Shown one piece after another: positions 10,620-21,507 of a DNA stretch of 64,000 nucleotides. Origin of the DNA: Gammaproteobacteria bacterium (GTDB lineage Bacteria > Pseudomonadota > Gammaproteobacteria > UBA4575). Within the stretch, counting starts at the first letter, position 1, and each line of letters begins with the position of its first letter. Both the position numbers and the translations under genes were made by a program. A model generated the notes under the pieces. The model made no database searches and was not told the origin of the DNA. It was given only the letters and a program-made list of their open reading frames with translations. Where the stretch lies: contig CBDCTA010000022.1 of NCBI GenBank assembly GCA_965221955.1, positions 320,001 through 384,000 of the forward strand, read 5' to 3'.

Positions 10620-11762
10620 TTATGAAAGTAGTTGTTCAAGCGCAATTATTAACTGATCAATATGGGCTTTAGTGTGTGTCGCACAAAGACTGATTCTTAG
10701 GCGCGCAGAATTTTTTGCAACGGTGGGTGGACGAATAGCGGGTACTAATATTCCAGTCTTTAGTAACTCATCGCTGATGGTAAGTGCTATTTCGCTGTTG
10801 CCCAGTATGATTGGCTGAATAGGTGTATTTGATTCAGTAACTGGTATTCCAGCCTCAACACATTGCTCATGAAAATATTGAGTTATTTCTTGTAATGCTT
10901 GTCTGCGCCAAACTTCTGTATGAATTAATTTCAAACTAGCACGTGTGGCTTCTGCAATAGCTGGCGGAAAAGCCGTTGTGTAAATATAACTATGCGCACG
11001 TTGTATTAACCATTCAATAATTTCTTGTTTTGCCGCAACGAAAGCGCCAAATGTACCAAATGCTTTACCAAGTGTGCCGACTAAAATAGTGTCGTCATCA
11101 AGTATGCGTTCGGTACAACCTTTGCCGTGTTTTCCTAAGACACCAACGCCATGCGCATCGTCGATGATAAGTCTTGCGTGGTACTTCTTTGAGATCGATT
11201 GTAGTTTACTTACTGGTGTGACAGTTCCATCCATACTAAATACACCATCAGATAAAATAATTTTACTAGTGGCATTACTGCCAGCAAGAAGTTTTTCTAA
11301 TTGCTCAATATTTAGATGCTCGTAGCGTTTTAATTTTGCGCGAGATAGAATTGCAGCGTCGTTTAACGATGCATGATTGAGCTTATCTGCAAAGATTGCG
11401 CTGTTGCGAGAAGCAAAAGAACTCACTACACCAAGATTGGCCATGTAACCCGTAGAAAATAACAATACTCTTTCGCAGCTTAAAAAGTCTGCAAGTTCCT
11501 TTTCTAAAGCAGCATGACTTTCGTGGTGTCCTGTTATTAAATGTGAGGCACCGGCGCCAACTCCATATTTTTTTAAAGCGTCTTGAAAGCGTTCTTTAAC
11601 TTTCGGGTGGTTGGCTAAGCCAAGATAATCATTACTGCAGAAAGATAAAACTTTTTTGCCGTCAATGATTGGCTCAATTTCTTGAGGAGATGATAATAAC
11701 CTGCGTGAACGAAAAAGGTTTTTTTCTTTCAGGCTATCTAGCTCGAGTGCTAGATCTTTCAT
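10620..11762 (-). CDS. bioF: 8-amino-7-oxononanoate synthase
   Basis: SNDYLGL, DGVFSMDG, DDAHGVG, GTLGKAFG and AIRPPTV motifs. Confidence 0.93.
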   Translation of the reverse strand: MKDLALELDSLKEKNLFRSRRLLSSPQEIEPIIDGKKVLSFCSNDYLGLANHPKVKERFQDALKKYGVGAGASHLITGHHESHAALEKELADFLSCERVLLFSTGYMANLGVVSSFASRNSAIFADKLNHASLNDAAILSRAKLKRYEHLNIEQLEKLLAGSNATSKIILSDGVFSMDGTVTPVSKLQSISKKYHARLIIDDAHGVGVLGKHGKGCTERILDDDTILVGTLGKAFGTFGAFVAAKQEIIEWLIQRAHSYIYTTAFPPAIAEATRASLKLIHTEVWRRQALQEITQYFHEQCVEAGIPVTESNTPIQPIILGNSEIALTISDELLKTGILVPAIRPPTVAKNSARLRISLCATHTKAHIDQLIIALEQLLS

Positions 11763-11773
11763 CTTAAAATTGA

Positions 11774-12763
11774 TTAATTTATGCTTGCGGTTTGTTGGTC
11801 TGGTGAATTTACTTGATCTGCTTGGATGCCAAGTTTATTAAATAAATTTTGGTCTTTAATGGTTGCGGGATTTTTTGCGGTTAATAAAGTTTCACCATAA
11901 AAAATAGAATTTGCGCCGGCAAAAAAGCACAAGGCTTGAGTTTGTTCATTCATATCTTCTCGTCCAGCAGATAAACGCACATAAGTTTTTGGCATAAGGA
12001 TGCGCGCAATGGCAATAGTGCGAATAAACTCAAATGGATCGAGTTTTTCAATGCCATCTAAAGGTGTACCCTTAATTTGAATCAGCATATTAATTGGCAC
12101 GGACTCTGGGTGTTGGGGCAAATTGGCAAGTTGCAATAATAAGCCTGCTCGGTCTTCGCGAGATTCGCCCATTCCCAAGATCCCGCCACTGCAAACATTA
12201 ATACCCGCATTACGCACATGTTCTAAAGTATCTAAACGATCTTGGTATGTGCGTGTAGTTATCACATTGCCGTAAAACTCAGGAGACGTGTCCAAATTAT
12301 GATTGTAATAATCCAAACCTGCTTGGCGTAAACGTTGTGCTTGCGACTTGGTTAACATGCCAATAGTGACACAGGATTCGAGTCCAAGGTCTTTTACGAG
12401 CTCGATCATCTGCACAATCAGTTCTAAATTTTTATCAGAAGGGTTGCGCCAAGCTGCACCCATACAAAACCGTGAAGCACCATTTTGTTTAGCGGCTTCA
12501 GCATGTTCTTTCACTTCTTCCAGGGGTAGTAAACGCTCTTTTTCTATGTCTGTGTCATAGTGTCCACTTTGTGGACAATAGGCACAGTCTTCTGAACAGG
12601 AACCAGTTTTGACTGAAAGCAATGTGCTGACTTGCACTTTATTTGGGTCATGGTGCTCACGAAAAATACGGTGAGCGATATACAGCAAGTCATTAAAAGG
12701 TAGCTGATATAGATCTAATACTTCATGTCTTTTCCAGTCGTTACGTATGGTTTCAGTTAGCAT
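11774..12763 (-). CDS. bioB: biotin synthase
   Basis: Radical-SAM [15 protein letters not shown] and RLSAGR; start trimmed to ATG 12763. Confidence 0.95.
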   Translation of the reverse strand: MLTETIRNDWKRHEVLDLYQLPFNDLLYIAHRIFREHHDPNKVQVSTLLSVKTGSCSEDCAYCPQSGHYDTDIEKERLLPLEEVKEHAEAAKQNGASRFCMGAAWRNPSDKNLELIVQMIELVKDLGLESCVTIGMLTKSQAQRLRQAGLDYYNHNLDTSPEFYGNVITTRTYQDRLDTLEHVRNAGINVCSGGILGMGESREDRAGLLLQLANLPQHPESVPINMLIQIKGTPLDGIEKLDPFEFIRTIAIARILMPKTYVRLSAGREDMNEQTQALCFFAGANSIFYGETLLTAKNPATIKDQNLFNKLGIQADQVNSPDQQTASIN

Positions 12764-12844
12764 AATTTGATTCGGTATAATGATTGAGAATTCTTCAAGG
12801 GCTGGGGCCAGTCTAATCTTTTGCAGAGGGGTGTCAATAAAAGC

Positions 12845-13573
12845 ATGGCTTCTACAACACAATACTTTCAGTCTGCCATGAAAAAAGTAGGGCAGTTCAT
12901 TTATCCCAATATGTGTTTACAGTGCGATGCTATTGGTGAGAACGGAATCGATCTTTGTGAGCGTTGTCACCAAGGTTTACCATGGATTAAATATGCCTGT
13001 CAGCAATGTGCGTTACCGTTAGCAAGTATGGATACAAAGCTATGCGGATCATGTAGTAATCGTGAATTCCATTTTGATCAGGCTCACGCACCATTTCAGT
13101 TTGCAGGATTCATCCGTGATGCAGTTTATCAGTTCAAATTTAATCAAAAACTAAATCAAGGGAAACTTTTAGCGCAATTGCTGTTACAACATATTGAAAA
13201 ACAGCAGCTAACAATTCCAGAAATCATTATTCCTGTACCTCTACATAAAAAACGTTTACGTAAACGTGGTTATAATCAAGCGTTAGAAATTGCAAGAATT
13301 CTTAGTAATGCTCTCAATTGTGAATGTACTTATAACAATGTTTATCGTAGCCGAGATACCAGTGTACAAATGGAATTACCTGCCAAACAGCGCTATAAAA
13401 ATGTTAAAGATGCATTTTCGATAAAAGAAAGCGCTACTGTTTTTAAAAACAAACATGTTTGTATTGTTGATGATGTCATGACGACGGGGAATACTGTCAA
13501 CGAAGTTGCAAAATGCTTAAAAAAAGTCGGAACTGCTAAAATTGATGTTTGGTGTATAGCGCGTGTTGCTTAA
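12845..13573 (+). CDS. comF: ComF family competence protein (double zinc ribbon + PRTase)
   Basis: Four CxxC pairs, PVPLH, RGYNQ and VDDVMTTG; start 12845 or 12878. Confidence 0.9.
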   Translation: MASTTQYFQSAMKKVGQFIYPNMCLQCDAIGENGIDLCERCHQGLPWIKYACQQCALPLASMDTKLCGSCSNREFHFDQAHAPFQFAGFIRDAVYQFKFNQKLNQGKLLAQLLLQHIEKQQLTIPEIIIPVPLHKKRLRKRGYNQALEIARILSNALNCECTYNNVYRSRDTSVQMELPAKQRYKNVKDAFSIKESATVFKNKHVCIVDDVMTTGNTVNEVAKCLKKVGTAKIDVWCIARVA

Positions 13574-13600
13574 GGCCGGTTTTTAGCTTTAAATGGACAA

Positions 13601-13888
13601 TCAATCTATAAGAACTGGGTTGATATGTCTTTCAAAGAAACCTGACGCTAGATCATTACAAAAATCTCTAGAGAAATTTTCGTTTTCCCCAAGAACATAG
13701 CTCTTTTCAATTCCAGTGCTGATACGTGATGCGTACACAATGGCCTTAGGATCAAGAATGCCTTTTTTATATCCTTGTGTCCGCTGAGTAGAAAATTCAA
13801 AGTCTTCTACTGTATACCCATGCTTTTCTATACATGTGATTACTGCAATTAAGTAATTGTCGGTGAGTAATGTGCGATCAAATTCCAT
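13601..13888 (-). CDS. small hypothetical protein (95 aa)
   Basis: Standalone ORF filling the comF-ubiA gap; no family recognised. Confidence 0.6.
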   Translation of the reverse strand: MEFDRTLLTDNYLIAVITCIEKHGYTVEDFEFSTQRTQGYKKGILDPKAIVYASRISTGIEKSYVLGENENFSRDFCNDLASGFFERHINPVLID

Positions 13889-14041
13889 TTTGATGTCTGA
13901 GTGATCTGATTACAGACTCTAAGTATATAGCGATTTTGAATTTTGATTCAAATATAAATGATTTAGGCTTTTACAGAGTAGTTAAGCAAAGCCGTTGCAA
14001 TAGATTTAAAGCTTTCTACTTTTAGTCAATAGTAGAACTTA

Positions 14042-14944
14042 TCAATTAGTATTAGAAAACAAATAATGAACAAAGATTCCTAAAAATACCAACATGCCAA
14101 AATAATTGTTATTTAAAAAAGCATAAAAACATCGATCAGGTAATCGGTGTTTAATCAGTATTTGTTGATATACAAAACACATACTCGCTAATGCGATACC
14201 TACATAAAATAACCAACCCAGCTCAGCGTTTATTCCAACCAGCACTAAACAAATAATTACTAATACTTGTAGCATACCGACAGCGACTTTATCCATCGGA
14301 CCAAACAATATGGCTGTGGACTTTACGCCAATTTTTATATCATCTTCCCGATCCACCATTGCATATAAAGTGTCATAAGCTGTAGTCCAAATGACAGCCG
14401 CAGTGAATAACAACCAGGCTATGGGCGGTGGAAATTCATTCGTGATTGCAGCGAAGGCCATTGGTATTGAAAATGCGAATGCAATGCCAAGGTGCACTTG
14501 TGGTAAAAAATGAAAACGTTTCATAAACGGATAAGTCGCTGCAAAAAATGCAGCACCAACAGCAAACAATATTGTCAGTTGATTTAAGAAGACCAACGCA
14601 ATTAGAAGAGCTATTATTGCCAACACGGCACAAACCATCAGAGCTTCTTTAGGTTGTACGAGCCCAGCAGCAACAGGACGGTCTCGGGTGCGGCCTATAA
14701 ACCGATCGATATTTCGATCTGCATAATCATTGATAGCACAACCTGCAGAGCGAGTAAGCACAACGCCAATAATAAACACTAATAAAATTTTAATGTCTGG
14801 AATACCATTCGCTGCAATAAAAAGCGCCCATAGAGTGGGCCAAAGTAATAGAAGAATTCCGATTGGTTTATCTAGACGAACCAACTTTGCATATAAAGTT
14901 AAACGATTTATATCTATAGGTGATTTGTTTAAATGCTGAATCAT
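14042..14944 (-). CDS. ubiA: 4-hydroxybenzoate polyprenyltransferase
   Basis: RLDKPIG, GCAINDYADR and YDTLYAMVDREDD motifs. Confidence 0.95.
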   Translation of the reverse strand: MIQHLNKSPIDINRLTLYAKLVRLDKPIGILLLLWPTLWALFIAANGIPDIKILLVFIIGVVLTRSAGCAINDYADRNIDRFIGRTRDRPVAAGLVQPKEALMVCAVLAIIALLIALVFLNQLTILFAVGAAFFAATYPFMKRFHFLPQVHLGIAFAFSIPMAFAAITNEFPPPIAWLLFTAAVIWTTAYDTLYAMVDREDDIKIGVKSTAILFGPMDKVAVGMLQVLVIICLVLVGINAELGWLFYVGIALASMCFVYQQILIKHRLPDRCFYAFLNNNYFGMLVFLGIFVHYLFSNTN

Positions 14945-14991
14945 GATTACGTTTACAAATTGTGTTTTATAAACATTGAATTACAGGCCAC

Positions 14992-15837
14992 TTAAAGACT
15001 CGGTTTTGGTGCGAGGTCTGGACGAAAGTAATGATAGGCCATACCCGTGTCAGGTCGTTTGCCGTGCCACAAATAAAAGGCTTCTGCTGCTTGTTCTAAT
15101 AGCATACCGAAACCATCGACCACCTGTTTTGCACCTTGTTGTTTAGCCCATTGCATAAAAGGTGTGTCTTGATTACTGTACAAAAGATCATAGCAACAGG
15201 TATTAAGACTGATGATTTCGATAGGAAGTTCAACATTGTTGTCTTGTAGGCCCGCAGAGGTGGCGTGTAGAACTAAATCAAAGTTTTGTTTTGGAATATC
15301 GCCCAACGCACAGCTAGCAATATTTCCAAACTTGTTAAATTGATTGGCAATAGCATCTGCTTTGCTCACAGTACGATTCGCAATGATTAATTCAGCTGGG
15401 CTTTCTTGTAACAAGGGTTCAACGATTCCTTGCGTTGCGCCTCCGGCTCCGACGATAAGAATTTTTTTATCCGATAATTGTAAGCGTAAAGTTTTTTTCA
15501 AATCGCGTAGTAACCCAATACCATCAGTATTTGCGCCTACAAATTTTCCAGAACTGTTTTTATAAATTGTATTCACAGCACCAGCATGTTCAGCATATTC
15601 ACTTAGCTCATCAACAAATTTACAAGCAGCATTTTTAAACGGCACGGTTACATTTAATCCTTTACCGCCACGATTGAAAAAATCGTTCACTGTATCGTTG
15701 AACTCATTTTCTTCAGCCAATATTTTTTCATAACTAAGCATTTCGCCTGTTTGATCTGCAAATAAAAGGTGAATGTCAGGAGATTTGCTGTGTTCGATGG
15801 GGTTGCCGATTACAGCATAACGATCAACGTTACTCAC
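14992..15837 (-). CDS. aroE: shikimate dehydrogenase
   Basis: GNPIEHSKSP, NVTVPFK, NTDGIG, GAGGA and DGFGMLLEQA; GTG start. Confidence 0.95.
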   Translation of the reverse strand: MSNVDRYAVIGNPIEHSKSPDIHLLFADQTGEMLSYEKILAEENEFNDTVNDFFNRGGKGLNVTVPFKNAACKFVDELSEYAEHAGAVNTIYKNSSGKFVGANTDGIGLLRDLKKTLRLQLSDKKILIVGAGGATQGIVEPLLQESPAELIIANRTVSKADAIANQFNKFGNIASCALGDIPKQNFDLVLHATSAGLQDNNVELPIEIISLNTCCYDLLYSNQDTPFMQWAKQQGAKQVVDGFGMLLEQAAEAFYLWHGKRPDTGMAYHYFRPDLAPKPSL

Positions 15838-15846
15838 AACTAAGAC

Positions 15847-16863
<1,017 letters not shown>

Positions 16864-16937
16864 CTAGATTACTGAATTGAAAGCTTAACGGGGCAATATT
16901 GAGAATGGGTTGTGAGCATAGGGATATGCGAATAAGA

Positions 16938-16959
16938 GTAGCAACAGGGATGTTGCTAC
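16938..16959. repeat. perfect GTAG-footed hairpin (REP-like)
   Basis: GTAGCAACA-GGGA-TGTTGCTAC, no U tail. Confidence 0.45.
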
Positions 16960-16983
16960 AGAATAAAGTAAGGTGATTTTAAT

Positions 16984-17013
16984 AATGTCTGCTTTCGGCC
17001 AATAGCGGTCATT
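16984..17013. repeat. 30-bp imperfect palindrome, site C
   Basis: AATGTCTGCTTTCGGCCAATAGCGGTCATT; its reverse complement matches site A at 28/30. Confidence 0.85.
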
Positions 17014-17041
17014 CGCCACCATACTTACGAATCAATGATTC

Positions 17042-17236
17042 TTAATCTATATTAAAAACTTGCAAAGGCTTTGCCTTATCGTCCTTTGAGCTTTCCATTT
17101 CATATAGCCAAGGAGGTTTGTCTTTTATATAAGTAAGATATGGATATCTTCTTATTACCTCATAAGGATCATTGGCATTTATATAAAGCCAAAGACCTCC
17201 CATTCCATAGTCATGACAAAATAAATATTTTTGCAT
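17042..17236 (-). CDS. small hypothetical protein (DYGMGGLW motif) between sites C and D; possibly truncated
   Basis: 64-aa ORF; the frame continues 10 codons past TAA to a TGA inside site C. Confidence 0.6.
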   Translation of the reverse strand: MQKYLFCHDYGMGGLWLYINANDPYEVIRRYPYLTYIKDKPPWLYEMESSKDDKAKPLQVFNID

Positions 17237-17251
17237 TTATCTTAAATGTAT

Positions 17252-17282
17252 AATGTCCGGCTTTGGATCGTTAGCGGACATT
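17252..17282. repeat. 31-bp imperfect palindrome, site D
   Basis: AATGTCCGGCT-TTGGATCGT-TAGCGGACATT; same arms as A-C, variant core. Confidence 0.8.
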
Positions 17283-17415
17283 TTGAAAATTTGTCAACTT
17301 GCTTTTAATAATCAGTGCACCTAAAGCTTTGAAATGGTCTTTTTCATTCCTCGATGGATAGCATGATTCGCACATTAAACGTGTGCCCACGCTTTGGTTC
17401 GTTAGCATGTGATAT

Positions 17416-18327
17416 TTAGATCCATTCTCGTACTGGTAAAAACTCCGTATACAGTTTTTCTTCTTCACTGCTTGGTTCTGGATGGTAATCATATTCCCAA
17501 CGCACATTGGGAGGTAGTGACATTAAAATCGATTCCGTGCGCCCACCAGATTGCAAGCCAAATAAGGTGCCACGGTCATAGACCAAGTTAAATTCCACAT
17601 AACGGCCACGACGATAGAGTTGAAAATTTCGTTGTCTTTCATTAAATTTGTGATCTTTGCGTTTTTCAACGATAGGTAAGTACGCTTTGGTAAAATGATC
17701 TCCGACACTTTTGATTAGATTAAAATTTTTTTCAAAGCCACCTTCATTGATGTCATCAAAAAATAAACCACCTACACCACGTGCTTCGTTGCGATGTTTA
17801 ATATAAAAATATTCATCACACCATTGTTTAAATCTTGGGTAATAACTTTCATCTACCGCATCGCAGGCTTGTTTTGCAGTTTGGTGCCAAAATACGGTAT
17901 CTTCTTTAAAACCGTAATAGGGCGTGAGATCAAACCCGCCACCAAACCACCACACCGGTTCTTCACCTTCTTTTTCGGCAATGAAAAACCGCACATTGCA
18001 ATGTGAGGTGGGCACGAAAGGATTGTTTGGGTGAATAACTAAAGACACGCCCATTGCCTGGAAGTTACGTCCAGCTAATTCGGGTCGTTGTGTAGTTGCG
18101 GCAGGAGGAAGATTGTTGCCAAAAACATGTGAAAACCCTACTCCTGCTTGCTCGAATACTCCACCATTTTGCAATACACGTGTCCGCCCTCCACCGCCAT
18201 CTGGTCGTTCCCAATCGTCTTGCTTAAATTTTGCAACGGCATCGAGGTTTTCAACTTCTGTGCAAATGTTGTCTTGTAGGTTTTTTAGATAATCTAAAAC
18301 CTTATCGGTATTGGGTTGCATTGTCAT
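17416..18327 (-). CDS. hemF: oxygen-dependent coproporphyrinogen III oxidase
   Basis: [19 protein letters not shown] and [16 protein letters not shown]. Confidence 0.96.
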   Translation of the reverse strand: MTMQPNTDKVLDYLKNLQDNICTEVENLDAVAKFKQDDWERPDGGGGRTRVLQNGGVFEQAGVGFSHVFGNNLPPAATTQRPELAGRNFQAMGVSLVIHPNNPFVPTSHCNVRFFIAEKEGEEPVWWFGGGFDLTPYYGFKEDTVFWHQTAKQACDAVDESYYPRFKQWCDEYFYIKHRNEARGVGGLFFDDINEGGFEKNFNLIKSVGDHFTKAYLPIVEKRKDHKFNERQRNFQLYRRGRYVEFNLVYDRGTLFGLQSGGRTESILMSLPPNVRWEYDYHPEPSSEEEKLYTEFLPVREWI

Positions 18328-18339
18328 AGTTATTTTTTA

Positions 18340-18885
18340 TTAATTTGAACGCAGAATTTTCCCACTTAGTAAATCGCATATCTGGCTAGGTGTACCTGAT
18401 CCAGCGCAATCAATGAGGACATAGTCTACGTGAGGACCAAACCAATCTCGAATTTCACTTTGTGAAGCGAGTGTTTTATAAGATGAAATGTTTGCACTGG
18501 TAGAGATAATTCCATTTGCCACAATCGCTAATGGAGTGGCTATAGGGTGATTCGTAATTCGAACCGCTACTTTGTTATGCGCCCCTGTGACCCAGTTGGG
18601 CACGGTATCGTTTTTTGGAACCAGCCAAGTTGTTTTTTCTTTTTCAGTGATGTTAGTGATCTGCTCTTTACTGAGGGGCTGTGAATAGTGTTGCAGTGTT
18701 GCAATGCTCTCAACAACTACAATCAGACCATTTTCAATTGCACGGTTTTTCAACCATAAGATCCGATGAACTGCTTCTTGGTTATATGGATCACAACCCA
18801 AACCTAAAACGGTTTCAGTTGAGTAGGCGATTACACCGCCATGTTGAAGGATGTTTTGTGCTTGAGAAACTTGATTATTTAGCAC
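18340..18885 (-). CDS. tsaC: L-threonylcarbamoyladenylate synthase (YrdC/Sua5 family)
   Basis: YSTETVLGLGC, LKNR, VAVR and STSAN; synteny with topA. Confidence 0.88.
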   Translation of the reverse strand: MLNNQVSQAQNILQHGGVIAYSTETVLGLGCDPYNQEAVHRILWLKNRAIENGLIVVVESIATLQHYSQPLSKEQITNITEKEKTTWLVPKNDTVPNWVTGAHNKVAVRITNHPIATPLAIVANGIISTSANISSYKTLASQSEIRDWFGPHVDYVLIDCAGSGTPSQICDLLSGKILRSN

Positions 18886-18887
18886 AT

Positions 18888-21356
18888 TTATTCGCTGGAG
18901 CTGCTGTCGTCACCTGTAGCAGTTTTTTTGCTAGTCGTTTTCTTTGTAGCAGTTTTCTTTTTTGTGGATGCTTTTTTCTTCTTAGGCGCAGCCTTCTTTT
19001 TCTTCGCAGGGGCTTTCTTCTTAGTAGCTGTTTTTTTCTTTGGTGCGGCTTTCTTTTTACGACCCCATTTTTTCTCAGGAGCTTCTTCGATCATCTTCTT
19101 GCATTCTTCAAGGCTATAGCCTTTAGGGTCGGTGTCTTTAGGGATCTTCACATTCTTATTGCCATCCGTCATATACGGACCATAACGCCCATTTAGAATT
19201 TGAATGCCTTCTTCTTCCCAGTTGCGAATGATTTTTTCTGCATCGGCTTTTTTCTTCTCGGCAACAAGCACCAATGCCTCATCAAGCTTAATTGTGTAAG
19301 GGTCGAGACCGCTATCTTTTTTGATCGATACATATTTACTGCCGTATTTAACATACGGACCAAAGCGACCAATACTAGCAGAAACTTTTTCACCTTCTTC
19401 TGTTTCACCCAAATCTCTAGGTAATTTGAATAACTCCATCGCTTCTTCGAAAGTGATGTCTGCCATTTTTTGACCAGGCAATAATCCCGCAAACTTAGGT
19501 TTTTCTTCGTCATCACGTGTGCCAATTTGTACAAAGGGCCCATACCGGCCCATGCGTACACTTACAGGTTTGCCAGATTTTGGATCAGTACCTAATTCTC
19601 TTGCCTGAACCGCTTCTTCACGTGTGACACTTTCTTCTTTATCTGCAACTAGTGTATTAAAAGGTTTCCAAAACTTGTGCATCACCGGCACCCAGTCTTT
19701 TTCACCTCGCGAGATTTCATCTAGATCATCCTCTAAGCGTGCAGTGAAATCGTAATCCACATATTGAGTGAAATGCTTGGTTAAAAAGTCATTTACGATG
19801 CGGCCCATTTCAGTAGGGGTAAAACGACGATTTTCTACTTCTGCATATTCACGATACTGCAAAGTCGAAATGATACTTGCATAAGTAGATGGACGACCAA
19901 TGCCATACTCTTCGAGTGTTTTAACTAGACTCGCTTCAGTAAATCTTGGTGGCGGCTCGGTAAAGTGTTGTTCGGCACGAATTTGATTAAGTTTAACTTT
20001 CTCACCAATGTCGAAATTAGGCAGCATCTTTTCATCTGGCTCATCTTTTTTATCATCTGTGCCTTCCAAGTAAAGCTGCATGAAGCCTGGCGTTTTAATT
20101 GATGAACCCGTGGCGCGGAAAATATTGCCCTCACCACAAGAAAATTCAACGGCAACCATGTCCAAAGTTGCATGTATCATTTGACTGGCAACCGCTCGTT
20201 TCCAAATTAAGGTGTAGAGTTTTTGTTGATCAGTGCTTAAAAACTTTTTGACTTCATCCGGGGTGCGCATGAATGAAGTGGGGCGAATCGCTTCATGTGC
20301 CTCTTGTGCGTTTTTAGATTTGGTTTTAAAAGTTCGAACTTCATCCGGTAAATTTTCTTTGCCGTATTTATCCGTTATAAATGAACGTAATTCATCAATG
20401 GCTTCTTGGGCTAGTACCACAGAGTCGGTACGCATATAGGTGATTAATCCTATCGGGCCATCACCCAAGTCGATGCCTTCATATAATTGCTGTGCAACAC
20501 GCATAGTTTTCTGTGCAGAGAAACGCAGCTTACGCACTGCTTCTTGTTGCATGGTTGAAGTAATAAACGGTGCTGCAGGGTTGCGCACACGTTCTTTTTT
20601 ATCAACCGTCTTTACGATTAATTGACCATTGGCATTCTTTTCTAATAATTCTTTTGCTTCTGTGGCATCTTTTTCATTATTAATATCAAATTGTTTGAGC
20701 TTGTTGTCTTTATAGATTGAAAGCTTTGATAAAAATTCTTGTTTGTCTTTTTCGCAGTCTCCCTCAATGGTCCAATATTCCTGTGGGACAAATTTTTCTA
20801 TTTCAGCTTCACGTTCACATAAAAGCCGTAACGCAGGACTTTGTACACGGCCCGCGGAGAGTCCGCGTTTAATTTTTTTCCAAAGTAGTGGAGAGAGGTT
20901 AAAGCCAACTAAATAATCTAATGCGCGACGTGCAAGCTGTGCATTAATAAGGTCATCAGATAGTTTGCGAGGGTTTTCTACGGCATGGTTTACTGCGCTT
21001 TTAGTAATCTCATGGAACACGACTCGATATACTTCTTTATCATCCAATAAACCGCGGTCTTTTAATAATTCATAAAGATGCCATGAAATAGCCTCTCCTT
21101 CGCGATCCGGGTCAGTGGCTAAATATAAAGCATCAGACTTTTTCAATGCTTTGGTGATGGCATTAACGTGCTTTTCATTCTTTTCGATGATTTCATATTT
21201 CATCTCAAAGTCATTTTCAGGATCAACAGCTCCTTCTTTAGGCACTAAGTCGCGTACGTGACCATAGGATGCGAGCACACCAAAGTCTTTACCAAGATAT
21301 TTTTCAATCGTTTTGGCTTTCGCTGGAGATTCTACAATGACTAAATTTTTACTCAT
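18888..21356 (-). CDS. topA: type IA DNA topoisomerase I with C-terminal repeats and Lys/Ala-rich tail
   Basis: VIVESPAKAKTI, ATDPDREGE, SAGRVQS, ITYMRTD, GIGRPSTY and GRYGPF/Y repeats. Confidence 0.96.
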   Translation of the reverse strand: MSKNLVIVESPAKAKTIEKYLGKDFGVLASYGHVRDLVPKEGAVDPENDFEMKYEIIEKNEKHVNAITKALKKSDALYLATDPDREGEAISWHLYELLKDRGLLDDKEVYRVVFHEITKSAVNHAVENPRKLSDDLINAQLARRALDYLVGFNLSPLLWKKIKRGLSAGRVQSPALRLLCEREAEIEKFVPQEYWTIEGDCEKDKQEFLSKLSIYKDNKLKQFDINNEKDATEAKELLEKNANGQLIVKTVDKKERVRNPAAPFITSTMQQEAVRKLRFSAQKTMRVAQQLYEGIDLGDGPIGLITYMRTDSVVLAQEAIDELRSFITDKYGKENLPDEVRTFKTKSKNAQEAHEAIRPTSFMRTPDEVKKFLSTDQQKLYTLIWKRAVASQMIHATLDMVAVEFSCGEGNIFRATGSSIKTPGFMQLYLEGTDDKKDEPDEKMLPNFDIGEKVKLNQIRAEQHFTEPPPRFTEASLVKTLEEYGIGRPSTYASIISTLQYREYAEVENRRFTPTEMGRIVNDFLTKHFTQYVDYDFTARLEDDLDEISRGEKDWVPVMHKFWKPFNTLVADKEESVTREEAVQARELGTDPKSGKPVSVRMGRYGPFVQIGTRDDEEKPKFAGLLPGQKMADITFEEAMELFKLPRDLGETEEGEKVSASIGRFGPYVKYGSKYVSIKKDSGLDPYTIKLDEALVLVAEKKKADAEKIIRNWEEEGIQILNGRYGPYMTDGNKNVKIPKDTDPKGYSLEECKKMIEEAPEKKWGRKKKAAPKKKTATKKKAPAKKKKAAPKKKKASTKKKTATKKTTSKKTATGDDSSSSE

Positions 21357-21507
21357 CGACAGTACAAATTTCTGAATATAAATGCCTGTTGCTTATTAAT
21401 AAGACTTATGGCGGCGAACTATTACGCGTTTCTTGGGCATTTGTAAATGCTTATTCAATTATTCTTTTTATAAATTTTCGCAAAGACTGCGTTTTTTCAG
21501 ACAAAAT

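Noticed and set aside
12764-12877. BirA operator between bioB and comF
   Set aside because: Only a TGTCAA half-site is visible, without a matching inverted half.
17370-17392. REP-like fragment GCACATTAAACGTGTGCCCACGC
   Set aside because: Single short degenerate copy; not supportable as a repeat.
17271-17507. 78-aa minus-strand ORF
   Set aside because: Overlaps the hemF 3' end in another frame and has no recognisable features.
18681-19196. Phe-rich plus-strand ORFs
   Set aside because: Antisense shadows of the Lys-rich topA tail.
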